Shown here: positions 45,500 through 59,655 of the stretch, piece after piece | How the letters are laid out: every line of letters begins with the position of its first letter | Position numbering within the stretch: the first letter of the stretch is position 1 | From: the human T2T-CHM13v2.0 reference genome, Homo sapiens | DNA length: 64,000 bases | NCBI RefSeq assembly: GCF_009914755.1 | Contig: NC_060928.1 | Strand: one strand, 5' to 3' | Notes under the pieces: generated by a model | The model's database searches: none | What the model was told of the DNA's origin: nothing | What the model saw: only the letters and a program-made list of their open reading frames with translations | Translations under genes and position numbers: made by a program

Positions 45500-46130
45500 C
45501 AGTATTCATGGAGATAAGCTTTCCATTTTGGCCACTCAGGCTTTGGCCCTCCTTTCCTTCATTGAGCTTGTTCACCGCCATGCACATCCATCTTATCCCA
45601 CGATCACACCTTAGATCTTGATTTACTAATATCTGTAATCCTTCCACAATCTCAACTTCAAGCATTCTACTTTGTCACCACTAATACTAAACTTTCCATA
45701 ATTCTCCCCTTAGTTCTCTAGATTTATTTGTTGACTCCACGACACCTAGCACCTACTGTTCCTACCACCTTTTAAAACTCTCTCATAGTCTCTATTCTCC
45801 CATTTGTCTCCCCTACTTAGTTTAGATTCTATGGTCCATCATTATAATTGTTCCCTGGCAGACATTATCAACTTACTTGCTCCTACATTTTGCTTTATTA
45901 TTGTTGCCTGGAAAACCCCAGCTCTTTTCTCCCTCCACACCTGTGCTTACAGAGCTGCAAATGGCTAGAGAAAAACCTGCAAATGGAACTGGTCTCACTT
46001 TGACTTCATGATCACTAACCAGTATGGACCTTAGTGATTCTGCAATCCTATTTCATTTCCCTGGAGCAGTTATTTACTCTCCCGCTGTCCTAAACTCAAA
46101 CATTATTGCTCATTTACTCCCCCAGAAAAT
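45500..46130 (+). mobile_element. Degenerate L2 fragment
   Basis: TCACACCTTAGATCTTG, GATTCTATGGTCCATCATTATAAT and ATGGCTAGAGAAAAAC are L2 ORF2 motifs. Confidence 0.6.
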
Positions 46131-48292
46131 TTTCAAAAACTATCTCCTTCCTCATATATTATTTAAGTTTACATATAATATTTTTGCCATAACTTAAATT
46201 GTGATAAAGGATGTCGTACCTGGTGTATTGTATGCCAACTTTTAAAACGTATCCAGTGGAGGCTAAAATACCACAGATGATGTCCACTATTTTCCATTTA
46301 GAAACACAGAAAAGCTCCTCTGTAATTGCTGAAGCTGTTCATCATGCATGTTTCTTCTTGACTCTATTTCCATTCCACTTACCCCACAGACTTTTATTTT
46401 ATAATTTTTTTGTTTGATAGCCTTTTATCATACTTATATATAACAAAAGGCATATAAATTGAAATTTAAAAATTCTTTTTTGTTTTGTGAGCACAGGCCT
46501 CTAGCAGTTAAAGCAGTTAATGAATTATCATTATAATTATTTTTAATTAGCAATTTCTCAAATAAATGATGCACATTTTGAAAAACAATATTAAGCCTAA
46601 ATTAAAGAAAAAATTACAGAAAATTCAAAATCAAAAAGGGCCTGACATAATTTTTCAGTTCTAATAAATATGTATACCCAGTGAAACCATTTTGCTTCTG
46701 CACATAAATGGTAGTTGGGTATGAGTTGATTCTATTTCCTTACATGTTTCTAACAGGAAAGTTTGACTCTTTGTCTTAATAAAAAATAAGATCTAAAATA
46801 CTTTGCTGTGAAAGACATTGTTATAGTGGAGTGCTCTGTTTTTTTTTTTTTAAAGTCGTATTTGGTGTGGGGAGGGAGGTGGTGTTCATATGATGGGTTC
46901 GCATACATTTTAAATAATTTTATCTTAACAAAGGAATGTGAAGCAATCTCAGACAAGTCTAAATGTTTAAAGGAACTCCTGACACATGGGGTATACTACA
47001 TTGATTAGACTGATAAGGCTAGTGTTGAGTATCACAATTCAAGATGATTATAGTTATTTTTTAAAAGATTAATTCCGTAAGAATTATCAAATAGGTATAA
47101 ATTGTAATTTATATAAAAATTATAGTAGGGCTTTGGTCTATTTATTCTAGCAAAGTGAAACCTAAGAAATGATATAACAATTTTACACTGCCAAGCACAG
47201 TATCTTAGTGAATATTTACTGCATTGCAGTTGGATTATATAAAAGTTGAAGTTAAGGTTGCTAGTTTACCATATCTTCTGTTAAAAAAGAAAACAATAAT
47301 AATGAGACATAGGGACTTAAAATGTGAAAATATGAAGATTTTGAAAATAATTAAGAATTAGAAATTAAGTTTACAAAGAAAATTTGGAGGTATCTCTTTC
47401 ATCCCAAGGCTTTTAAAGTATTTTCTCCTTGAGGTTTATAGCTTTTATGGCATATAAGGATTCCAATAGTCAAATAGCTTTGGGAAATGATGGTTAAAGA
47501 CAATCAAACTGAAATATGCCAACATGCATACAAAAAGCAGGTAAAACACTTTTTTATATTATGTGAATACACTGGGGAAAAACATCAAATGTTTCTATCA
47601 TTAATTTCAATTGTTAGGTAAAATGAGGACATATTTCTGGTCAAAAGTGCAAACATTTGCAACAGACTGATAATGAATTATTTGTAATGAAAACTGATCT
47701 ATTCAAATAATAAAGAACATTGTGAAAAATCCATTAATTGGATTCACACTAGATAGTTAAATTTTAAGTAATTATGTAGAATGCTTATTGTAACATTATG
47801 CAGAGCTACATTACTTTTGTCCAAGAAACTTGTTTCGTTCAATAAAGTTAGCCTAAATCTTGGAATTTTAGATAGAAAAAATCTTTATATTGGTCCTGAA
47901 TTAAGTGGACACCTGGAACATTAACACATTTTGGGAAGTCTTAAGAGACCAAGTGACAAAAAGCTCACAGCCTATTACCATAAAGCTAAAACATATGTTC
48001 TGATTTACACAAGCCAAGTATCTGCTAATGGTTGTATTCAAGTTTTTTTTAAATAGTTATATGCAGCTGTAGCAATTTAATGTGGGCCTGGGCAATACCT
48101 ATTTAATATATTCTTTTCCTTATGTACCAGTGCATTTTTTTTTAAAAAAGTTGATTTAAAACCTTTTATTGTGTCCTTTCTTCAAAAATGCTCCTTATGG
48201 ATACTTTCTCATGGGTTACATAGTACTCCAAAGATTTTTACATACAAATGTTAGGTGGAAAATGTGAAGATACTGCTTGTTATTGTTTATGG

Positions 48293-48730
48293 TGTTAAAA
48301 GGTAAACTGAGGCATAATAAAATTTTTTTTAAAGAGTTTATTTGAGCAAATAGTGATTCATGAATCAGGTAACTCCAAACCAGAAGTGGTTTAGGAGCTC
48401 TGCAGAGGGTACGCAAAGAGGGGGCTTTTATAGGATGAAAAAGGAAGCAAAGCAAATAAAATATTTGTTTGATTACAGTTATACAGTTGTCTTATTTGGT
48501 CTATTCTGTTGGAAAGTCCCTAGTTATATAACTATGTTAGTTGACTACTTCTGATTGGTTGAGTTTAAATTCTGTTTTTCTCTAATTCAAGCATTTACAA
48601 GAAATGGTCCAAGTTAAGTTCCACTTAGGTTTGCAATTTAAGCACGGTTAAGCTTATTTTCAAGGCCTAATTAGTTTTGTCTGCTCAGAGATTTTTTAGG
48701 CCTAGTCTCCATTTTAATTTACTCATAACA
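48293..48730 (-). mobile_element. ERV1 solo LTR (MER57/MER65/MER67 group)
   Basis: TG...CA termini; AAAGAGTTTATTTGAGCAAA, CTGATTGGTTGA, GTCTCCATTTTAATTTA. Confidence 0.7.
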
Positions 48731-49639
48731 ACTGGATAAACTGTTTCAAAAGATTATATACCCAGGATACTACATTTCTATCAGAATAAATTTTCAATGT
48801 TAGTATGTGTTGAAAAATTCCTGAAGTTCTGGTACTTGATTTTTTCTGATCATTTGCAATTCAACCCAGTCTACAAACAGTTTGCAATGTAAAAACCTAT
48901 TTGCCCATAAAATATTTTTAAAATTATTCTGTATTAATTTAGCTCATATATTAGCTAAATAATTAAGTGCTACCCTTAAAGTGTAACTAATATCCAAAAA
49001 GGTGTTCATTATTCCTGAAAAACTATCAAAGCTATATATTATTTTATATTCATATAATGTTTTATACCATTTATCGCTGTAAGCCATTTAAGCAGAAATC
49101 ACATCACATGTGGCAACTGGGCAAGCATAGTCGTAGACACTTCTAAGAAGAGACAATAGTGTGTTGAAAAAAACTTAGTAGAGGCAGCCAACAGACTTTC
49201 TATGGATTTTAGGTCTGAGCAGTAAAGGCCAATAGTTCAGACAAGGGTACCAGTACTCTATTGACAATGAGAATGCTATTGTGAAGTGAAGTTCCTAGTT
49301 GGTTGTTTCTGGAAATTTTTCATATGCCACAAAAACAAAATAATGTGCTAAAATTATCAACCACTACCAATAAAATCTCCCTAAATGCATAGCAAATAAT
49401 ACAATATTTTAAAATCTATTTATATTAGTGAGCTATTGATTTTTAAAATGAACAGAATTGAAACTCATTGCCAGATGTTGTACTCAGCTTAGCCAAAGGC
49501 ATATTTTTAAACTCTGTTGAAAGAGTAAATTCATCTATTTTACTGGCTTTTTAAATCACATATGAACTAATTTTGATAATGTGGAATTTTTTTCTTGCGA
49601 GAATTTGGATTACTCACTGTAGCCACCAAATGCTGATAA

Positions 49640-49805
49640 AATTTTAAAACTGGAAGGGAGCTTACAGACCTCGTCTTTATTTCCTTATTTTACAGATTGA
49701 GGAAACCCCGCGTGACCCTGAGGGCTAAAATTGACTAGTTTAAAAATTACATACTAATTAGAGGCAGAGCTGGGGCTAAAAGTCAGCTATCCCTACTTCT
49801 AATCC
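49640..49805 (-). mobile_element. MIR SINE
   Basis: TTATTTTACAGATTGAGGAAAC...GGCAGAGCTGGGGCTA. Confidence 0.7.
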
Positions 49806-50679
49806 TGAAAACAGAACATATATTGGAGCTATTATATGTATTAATTATTACCAGTTAATATATGGTGATAGTAGTGCTACCATATATTTTTTCCCATTTA
49901 TTTTATCTAAGAATTTTCCATTGTGAGCCTGGTTTAAATTTAGGACCTGGTACATGGCTAATATTCAATATCAAATATTTAATTAAGAGCTTTTATCAAG
50001 TGAAGAGAGAATATTTTTGTATTTTTGTATATATAGAAAATATGGAAATGCACATGATTTCAGTGGTTATATGAGAAAGGATTACTATCTAAAACTGGAT
50101 AGTAATAAAAAAAGTGGAAGAGTCAGAAAATCTTGTAAAGTGGCTCTATAACTGCACAGGTGGCAATTCTATCTGGGAATATAGAATATAAGGAAAGATT
50201 TTATTATGCTTGAAATTCTTTTACCAGAAATGTATACTAGATCAATGAGAAAGTGCACATTAAACTCTTTGCATTAAAATCAGTACTGGCTATAACTGCC
50301 TTTTCTCTTTTCTCTGACCATGAACAGGTATTAGAGGATGTGAAAAATTCAGAGTGAAATATTGTCACTTTTGTCTATCATTTATTTAATAACATCACCC
50401 ATAAAGTATTCTTTTTGGAAATATTAAAATACCATTCAACATTATAATTCTCCTAAGAAAGCTCTTAAGTTATCCAAGAAATGAGAATATTTTAGCACAT
50501 AAACTTGATAAAATATCTTGGCATGCAGGCTATAATAACTTATGCATTTTAGAAATTGTTCAAGTTACAGCAATAAAAAAACAAAGCAGTAGAGAATAGA
50601 TGAAGGAAAACAGTCTTCTCTGGGCAGAAATTAGAAGAGGTAGCATTACTATATTGTTTTCAGTGATGGAATAATATTA

Positions 50680-50870
50680 GCTGGTATTGGAGGACTTACT
50701 ATACTAAGTCAGGCACTGTGCTCATGCTCTTACCTAATTTACCTTTATACTAACAACAATTCTGCAAAGCATTATTGTCCCCATTTCTTAGATAAATTCA
50801 AAAATATGCTCCACCCAGTAGACATTAAATACCGAAGCTAAAATTTGAATCAGGTCTCTTGCTGAACGCT
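50680..50870 (-). mobile_element. MIR SINE
   Basis: CAGGCACTGTGCT...ATTATTGTCCCCATTT...ATTTGAATCAGGTCT. Confidence 0.65.
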
Positions 50871-50971
50871 AGGTCTCAGTGAATTATAATGTTACCTCAA
50901 CGTTTGTCTTTTCAATATATTTAGTAGTGTATATGTAAATTCCAAAGCAGGTGCTTTAAACAGAACTGAGA

Positions 50972-51420
50972 TGTGGTAGACAGAACAATACCTTCCCTTC
51001 CCCAAGATGTTCATATCCTAATCCCTGGAACCTGTGATTATGTTACCTTACATAGCAAAACGGAACTAAGGTTGTAGATGGAAATAAGGTTACTAGGCAG
51101 CTGGTCTTAAATTAGGGATAGTAGTTTGGATTATACAGGTGCATTCAATGTAATCACAAAGGTTCTTAAAGGTGGAGGAGGGGGGCAGAAAAAGAGGCCA
51201 GGGTTGTTTGATGTGAGAAGGATTTGACCTGCCATTGCTGGCTTTGAGGGCTGAAGGGAGCCACATGCCACGGAATGCTGGTGACCTCTAGAAGGTAGGA
51301 AAGGCAATTGATTTTCTCACAGAATCTTAACCTGTAGAACTATAAGATAAGAAATTTATGTTGCCTTACACCACTAAGTTGGTGGTAATTTATTATAATA
51401 GCAGGAGAAAACTAATAACA
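50972..51420 (+). mobile_element. MLT1C/D-type solo LTR
   Basis: TGTGGTAGACAGAACAAT...CCTAATCCCTGGAACCTGTGATTATGTTACCTTACAT...GCAGGAGAAAACTAATAACA. Confidence 0.88.
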
Positions 51421-53009
51421 CCAGATGTAATTTTATCATTCTCTTTCTAATTAAATTTTACATGAATTGTATTGATGATTTCTTATTTTTCATTCTTATC
51501 ATTGGATTATGATTAAAATATAAATCATCTTGATATCATTCTCAATTTTGTTTTCATTATAACCATTATATCCATAATCTTGTATAATGTGGGTTTAAAG
51601 CAAGACTAAAATATAGGTTATAGCCAGAGGAAGTATGAGGTCTATTTTTTTTAATCTGAATGAAAATATTTAAGAAAATTTCAGGACTTGATTGTAACAG
51701 CCAGTTCTAAAGGGTATACATCAAATGTTGAAAATATTTTAAAAGTAATGTTCTTACAACTTTTTCCATGCCTTCTCCTTTTTGTTCCAAATGCATACCC
51801 TTGAAAATCAGAGACTCAGACCTTTCAATTTTTGTTGTTGTTAATTATTTAAGGAAACTTTGAATCTCTTGTGAAAACATTTTCTTTTACACTTAAATAC
51901 TTAGAACACTTAAACTTTCGAATTGCTATTTTGTTCAGTGCCAATTGTAACATTTGACTTTTTAGCAGTAGTGTTGAAAGCATTAACTTTTTTAACTGTC
52001 TCAGAAGTTTATAGGTACAAGGCATACTTGAATGAATTCTTAATGCAAAAAAGATAGTTTCATTTAAATACCGAAGAAGTATTAATATAGCATAGTGATT
52101 TTAAAAATGATAGGTGATTTGCTTTTAGCTTGTGTTTATTTACCTTGTTATTTTCGTTTTTACCCCTAAAGAGCTGGTGAAATAACGAGTGAGGCAATTA
52201 TACCTATTGGAAATATTTATAGGAAGTTAGTATGGAATGATACTTGATTAACCAATAGTATATTGTGAGTACTTCTAATATTATTTTTCCGGCCTCTGAA
52301 TTAGCATATAACTTTTAAAAATTATTTTATTTCATGAATAAAGAACTTCTGGAAGTTGTTCAGAACATTTTCTTGATGACATAAAAAAATAAAATATTTT
52401 CCCCATATACCTGTATAACCTGGCGGTTAGCAATTTAGAAGTGCCGACTTTACATTCCCTAATTAACTTCTATCAAAGAAAATGAAATGTTTAATGACCT
52501 ATTGCTATATCTTATCCATCCTTTGCTGAGATTATTCCTTACTTCTTAACAAACTTTGTCTACTGAATATTGTTAACTTCAGTTTCTCTGTGACTGTAAT
52601 GCCATAATACAATGAATAATTGAATAGATCATATATAAGCATTGATTTCTTTTTACTAAAAACATCTAAATCATATTCAGTAAACTGTTCAGATGTATTG
52701 TTGTATTGAAAATATATTTTATAAATGTAAGCTAAGACTAGTACATTTATTAGGCATAAATGAATATTGATGGCAGAAATTGTTTCATTATAGAAAATTT
52801 TAAATAATAAGAACTTAGTACAGATGTCGGCATCTACTAACACAGCCACTTTTTAATTTTTTATAGTTGTGATAGAGGAAAATAAATATTTTTCCTGTGT
52901 GTCCTATGTGAACTATGTGTTTCAGGGTAGAAATGCCCCAGATGATGAGAGAACATTCCTTATAGAAAAACCTCAGCTGTAAAGTATGGAAGGAATGACA
53001 GCATTAGCA

Positions 53010-53790
53010 AATTGCATTTTGAAATTCTATTGAACAATTGAATAAGTCACTAGCATCAATGAATGTTAAGGCCATTAAGAGAAAGAAACTTTATAATGGA
53101 AGGACCAGGCTTTCCTCAGCTAGGCTTAACATCAGTACGTGGAGACAGCTAGGCATTTTTTCTCCTGATATGATGCTTTATGTATTTCACAGCACCACCA
53201 ATGACGTATTTTTACTAAGAAGTTGAATCTGACCCTAACAGAGCCCTTAGCTCTAACTACAATTTTCATTCTATACATGTATATATACATATATGTATAA
53301 ATATAATAAAATATATATGAAATTTTATATATATATAAAACAAATTGAACTATAAAAGAAGAAGCAATCAGAAAAATTCAGAATGTGAGGTATTCTCAGG
53401 ACAACCAATCCAATTTCTCTAAGTCAATGGTTTGCATAAGTGATTGGGTGGTTGGGAAGGGGGTTGTTCTTGACTAAAAGAGAATTCCAGAAACCAAAAT
53501 ACATGTGTGGACTTTGTTATGATCACAACTTTAATACATCAACCATAAAAAGCCATTTCTGAAGATAATTGGGAGAAATTTGAATAACATTTGATATTAA
53601 ATAATACTAATGGGATCTTACCAATTTTGGTAGGTGTGTTAATTGTAATTATGTAACAAAATGTATTTTTGTCATACTATATAAATGTTTAAAGGAAAAA
53701 TGGCATTATTTGAAGGATTTGCTTTAAGATAATAGAGAGCTAAAGAGAAAAGGAAAGAAAAAAGGATAGATGAAGCAAATATGTCAATGT
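53010..53790 (+). mobile_element. L1MC/L1ME 3' fragment with an AT-rich simple repeat (about 53272-53337)
   Basis: CTCCTGATATGATGC, AAGCAATCAGAAAAATTCAGAATGTGAGG and TTTGATATTAAATAAT are motifs of L1MC 3' ends. Confidence 0.6.
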
Positions 53791-54015
53791 TAACTAAAAA
53801 CATTAAGTCTTTATCTGAATATATTTTAATGCATCAAAATTATGCATTTTCACATACGTAGTAAAGGCCCTTTTAATTTCATTCTTCATAATGCATTTTT
53901 TGCTCTCTGCTACAATGCCTTAGCCACTAATAATCTAGATTTAATTTTCATTATGAAGCATTATAGTCCATGTAATTTAAACCTAGTCGCTAAATTCTGT
54001 TTTACTTTTTATTAT

Positions 54016-54146
54016 ATATTTATTTTTTTAGAGTTGTGGTTTGGCTGCGTTGCTCAGGCTGGACTCAAACTCCTGGCCTCAAGTGATTCTCCCGCCTTAG
54101 CCTCCCAAGTAGCTGGGTGTACAGGAACATGCCACCACACCCAGCT
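54016..54146 (-). mobile_element. FLAM (free left Alu monomer)
   Basis: Single Alu monomer with T-rich tail; flanking AAATTCT repeats (53992 / 54148). Confidence 0.8.
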
Positions 54147-56526
54147 GAAATTCTAACCTAGCCACATGAATGACTATTAAGTTCTGCTTGCTTGGTCTTA
54201 AATAATATTTGGTTACTTGGTGTCCACAAGTTAGTAGTGGAAATGGAGACAATGTGTGAAGCTGCATTTCTGGAAGGGCACTAAGTGCCTCTCACTACCC
54301 TTGTTTTCTAGAGGAAGCCTGCAAATGCCAGTAATTTCTACACCCAGGGCTGCCTGCCTAGGGGTCAAATTGTAGCTGTGTTTTCTGAAACATGCTTCTG
54401 AGATGCAGATTCCAAAATGTGGGGGTTCTACTTAGCCCTTGCTCACCAAACCCAGGATACAGAGAAGTTCTTGTTCAGGTTTGGCTGCTAAAGGAAAAAG
54501 TTCTAGCCCTAATATTGAGTTTTAGGACTTTCAGGATCTCTAGGTGACTTGTCTTTGGTTGCCAGAAAAATAGCCCAAACATTCTTCTCTTGGGGAAAAA
54601 GACATTAATTTGATTGATCTGTGAGGATGCAATGCAATAAGAAAACAAAATGTGCCTTCTCTCACCCCGTTAGGGTTCTTGTGCTTTCTAAAGAGAAATA
54701 TCCCAGGCCTCAGCACTGTGTATCTCTGTCAGTACACCCTACCTGAAGGTTGACTACATCTTGGCTGCCCCGAGGCATACATATGACCAATGCCTCTGCC
54801 TGGGTAGCTCTAAAAGTTTTTTGAGTCTCAGTTTCTATAGCCTCTGTAGGGGGCAGCTTTGATTCACAGATCCGTTAAAAAGCCCACCTGCATTTAGTCT
54901 AGTGGCCAGCATTGGCTGGGGCCCTCATTAGTTGTGTTTGGGTTTCTACACAATGTCCCAGGGTAGCCAAGAGATTAAATGTCAGTAATGCACAGTAGTG
55001 TGGCTCAAAGTGGGAGAAGACTTTTTGTGCTAGAAGCCAGCCAGCTTCTCTGAGAGTAGTGCTTGAGTTCACAACCTCTTCAACTCCTGGAGACCACTGT
55101 GAATTTAGTTAGAATCAAGGCCTATATATTATATTTAAAATACCTTAACAATGAAGTAAATTTGATTCAACTCCTTTAACCTTTCCGGAAACTAGCATAA
55201 AATAACTCAACTCCCTTTAACAAGAATTTCTGTGGGAGAATTTTATATATACCATTTCTAATGAGAACTCCCCTTAAGTCTTTGAAATTGCTTTTCTTAA
55301 TTTACTGGTGAATGTAACATTCAAAATGGTCTTACTCTCCAAGTATGTAGCACTGTATCACTTCTCAGCAGGTATTTTAATTCTTAAAAATAATGTTATC
55401 TGTGGGATTTTAATTTACAGAGGCTATCAGTTTTGACTATTAGACAAGACTGAGGAGCAGATCATCGATCTCTTTCTAGTATCTTGTGCCATAGTTTTTG
55501 TTAGACTCTCCAAAAGGCAACTTGGGGAGAAAGAGGAAAGGGATGGCTGCCCATTCACCATATTCTCCTTAAGTTACTTCCTTGGAGTCTAGAAGGCAGA
55601 GAGGGGTCTGATTTAGCCCTTTTTAGCTAAGCATTTTGGTTATTAACATCAGCAAGGATTATTCAAGAGGTTTAGGGAGATCAAGCTGTGTGTGCACCAC
55701 AGGGATGAAAAAAGAGGAATAAGTATGGAAGCTGAGTGCATCGAATCTGAATTTCTCTGTTTTGTTCATAATCAATACTCATATGTTTTTCCTGCATTGC
55801 AACTATCAAGACTCTAAGTTATTACATACTTAGGCCTAAAATAACTTACATTAACAGAAGGGAGATGGCCAGCAAAGAGCCATAGGTTCATGATTCAATA
55901 CTTCTCTCACATTGTTCTGCTAATTAGTCATCGATGGGAATATGTGATAGATGGAAAAGTAATGATGGTTCAGTACCCTGTCTGTTTTCTGTATTTCTAA
56001 TAGAAACTGGTGGTATAGCATATAGCACCTCCAAATTCTTATGCATGCTAGTTTTTAAAACATCATGACCACAAATAGGCTTGATACCAAAAGTTAATAA
56101 TAATCTTGGACAAAATACTAATATAGATAAAATGTAAAATAATGATTTGGACAAAGTACTGTTGCCTATTGGTATACAAATTAATCTGTGATGAGATCTC
56201 TAGGAATGTTAAAGTACATTAAGCTTTCATATGTTTTAAGTAGTAAAATGGACACAAACACTACAGCCCCCCACTGCCGCAGAAGTAATGCAAGAGAATG
56301 GGGTGTGGAGGAATCCCCAGAGGTTTTGGAAATACACAAAGATTCCAATTAAGAGTACTGGAATATTGTCTCAGAAATATGAGACTGAACCGTGATTGCA
56401 ACTGAGAAATTTTAGGCATCATCAACTTAATTTATTCATTAGTGATTATTCAATATTTCATACTATGTGCCAGCCTCTGTGATAGGTAAAGAAGAAAACA
56501 ACAAACAAAATAGCATGGTAAACACC

Positions 56527-56827
56527 TTTTTTTTTTTTTTTTTGAGATGGAGTCTCACTCTGTTGCCCAGGCTGGAGTGCAGTGGCATGATCTTGGCTTG
56601 CTGCAAGTTTCTCCTCCCAGGTTCATGCCATCCTGCTGCCCCAGCCTCCCTAGTAGCTGGGACTAAAGGCACCAGCCACCACACCTGGCTAATTTGTTTT
56701 TGTATTCTTAATAGAGACGGGGTTTCACCGTGTTAGCCAGGATGGTCTCGATCTCCTGACCTTGTGATCCGCCCACCTTGGCCTCCCAAAGTGCTGGGAT
56801 TACAGGCGTGAGCCACCGCACCCGGCC
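56527..56827 (-). mobile_element. AluY, inserted in an L2 3' end
   Basis: GTTAGCCAGGATGGTCTCGATC; TSD GGTAAACAC/GGTAACCAC. Confidence 0.92.
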
Positions 56828-58489
56828 GGTAACCACTCCTAACTGAGTATGTTATATTTTATGCAAAGGAAGAACTCTGTTCAAAGAATGGTGGTTCAGC
56901 ATGGAATCTGGAGTTGGATGGCAAAAAAAACGTTTGTGTCTCCCAGCAGTATTCAGAGTGGGTACTATAACACATGCTCTTTCTGGTGGCCTTCCTAGAT
57001 GCTTCTGTACACAAGATCTTCTGCCTGGATCCTTTGTACTGATTCACCTTTAGTGTTGTCTGAAACAAAAGAAATTACTTCATATTCCTTGTCCTTAAGA
57101 GAAATAAGCTTTATTTAGACTTAATAGAACCTTAAAGGAACCAAGGTGGTTGTGTCCTCTCTGAATTTTTTTTTCTACTTTTTTATGTTCTTCCTGGAGA
57201 TGGGTCTAGCAATGACTAGGTATTTGCTAGTTGGACAATGTGGACCTTAATTTTCCAACAAGATGTCTCTGAAGGTATTTTTACTATTTTTAAAACAATT
57301 TCATCTTGTGGTTTTGAATTGGGAGCTGCCATTGAAATGGCTGCAGCTTCTCACGCATTACCTGATCTTGGTAAGCCCTAAAGTTGGCAATTTTCTTTCA
57401 TTGCCAACCAGGGAAGGAGGTGGTGGTCAATGTATCAGAAATTCCACTTACGGCAGCATGGAAATTCAGAGAGTCTATTACTGAATGAAGTTTCAACTTT
57501 GGTTAGGATCACAGAAGACGAGATAATATGGAAAACAACAAATGCAAATTTAGAAAACAAAAATAGCCCTTCCTCTATCTGGGCTACATCAAAGAGTGCC
57601 TAGGGAAAGACGTATGATGAGCCAAGTTTATGTATAATGAAGCACTTTAATTCAGACAGCTGACCTCCTCATCTCTCCTGCAAAAATCAGAGTTCATTTC
57701 TCTGCCTCTGATACCTACCTAACAGTGATAGGTTAGTGCTTTTGTGTAATAAATTTTGAAATTCAGTTTCTCTGACTGTTGTACCATAGCACTTAAACTT
57801 ACCAGTCTACTTGACACATGCATATCGTTATGATCTCTCAGACTACTAATTATAATTTTGTTTTTGTTGACCATTAAGATTGTTCATCTATTTCTGTTAG
57901 AACCATGGCCATTGAAGTAACTTCCTGATTTTAAATTTGCTTCCTTCATAGAATTTCCTGTTTTGAAGAAACAAGGTGATTTATTAGCTGATGCAAATTT
58001 ACTAGTTTACTTGACAGTTATAACTCCCGTGTCAAATTAGGTATCTGGCTTACATTAGTCTCTTGGGGGTTGGTTAGCAGAAATTAGTATCTCCTGAGCC
58101 TGCGACAGGAGGCTGAGACAACCCGCGTAAGTGACCAGCCAGCTGCTTCAGATATTAATTGTCCTCCTAATTGTAACTTGACTTTATCATGATCCATGTT
58201 ACCTCTTATATGCTGTAAAACTCTAGTAAGCAAAACTTTCTTTTTAGATACCAATTCTCAAGTGGTTTTTAGACATTCACATAGCTTGGCCTCTCTTCTC
58301 CATTTCTAGGTGCTGCTTTAGTGCAGTGACTTTTTCAATTATGTGGAATACTTTGAAAAAAATGTATGTCACCAAAAAATGCAAAATAATCAATTTAGTA
58401 ATTTCGAGCTATTCTTTAAATAATACCTGCCTATACTTGTCTCTCTTATTGATCCTCTTGACTTCCACAAATTACCGCACACTTTTGAC

Positions 58490-58620
58490 TTGATGTTTTC
58501 AACATCCATCCCATAGAATATGAGATCTGTGAGTACAGAAAGCTCCTCTGTCTTGTTCACTGTGAATCTCTCATACCAGAAGAGGTCCCACATTATAATC
58601 TGTCAGTGAATAAATGCTGA
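58490..58620 (+). mobile_element. L2 3' terminus
   Basis: TAGAATATGAGATCTGTGAG...TGTCTTGTTCACTGTG...AATAAATGCTGAA. Confidence 0.6.
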
Positions 58621-58645
58621 ACCAATAGGGTTTACATCCTATTAT

Positions 58646-58701
58646 TATTCTTGTAGAAATAGTATAACTTACATATTCTTACAGAAATAGTATAACTTAC
58701 A
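58646..58701 (+). repeat. 28-bp tandem duplication
   Basis: TATTCTTGTAGAAATAGTATAACTTACA / TATTCTTACAGAAATAGTATAACTTACA (26/28 identical). Confidence 0.9.
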
Positions 58702-59655
58702 TTCTTAACATTTAACAAGCTTTCATGGATATAATTTTTTTCACTTAAAGTTTAAATCACTTTACAAAACACATATATTTGGCTTTTTAAAAATCCCACA
58801 GTTTGAAATTCAATGCATTAAGTAGTGAATAAGTATGAGACTTAAGCTATTATAACAATTCAATAACTCAGTAAAATTTTTCTGCAGAAGGGATTACTGT
58901 CTTTTCAAAGACATAATTCACCTATTACTTTTTATTGTATAAATTTTGATTTCTACAGTATTTCTTGGAACAGGATTATGTGTGTGTGTGATTAATCCAT
59001 CTTACTTACCTCTCCATTTTAGGAAAGACAAAAATTAGTTTCAACAGTGCTCAAGTAGTTTGTCATTCTGCTTGAAAAAAAATGAACATTTTACATTTGC
59101 CAAAAGTAAAAATATTCTAACACAAAATGCTTTAATATGTTTAAAATATAGATATCATTCAGCTTGAATCAAAATTATTAAACTGTAATAAAAATAACTG
59201 TAATATGCTTTTCAGAAAAGACCCACATTTTATGTAATGATTATTTTACTAAGCAAGACTTTTAAAACATTATAAGGATAGTTTTATCGTTTAAAAATAG
59301 AATTAATATAGATTAAACACCAGATTTTCTATAAGTTTTAAATGTTCATAAAATAAAGGTAGTAAATTAAACTTAGAATTCTGAATGCCAGTTGATAAAA
59401 ACATTTCAGCAATAGTGTTTTTTTCAGGCTTTTAAAAAAATTATTTTCTGGAAAATATGTAAGAGCAACGTATATACATATATATCCAAATACAATTGTC
59501 CACATTCATAAATAGGACTTACAGATAATATAGCCGATTTCTTTCTCTATTTAAAGGAATTTTTTGTTGTATTCAGATAAACACAATATTACCCAGCTCT
59601 GGTAACTTTGGGAAACTTTCACTTTCTGTTCTCACCAAATGGTTTAGGTTAATGT

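Noticed and set aside
57383-57408. Hairpin GTTGGCAAT-N8-ATTGCCAAC
   Set aside because: A few 9-bp stems are expected by chance in 64 kb; the spacing does not fit the NFI site TTGGC-N5-GCCAA; no RNA family motif.
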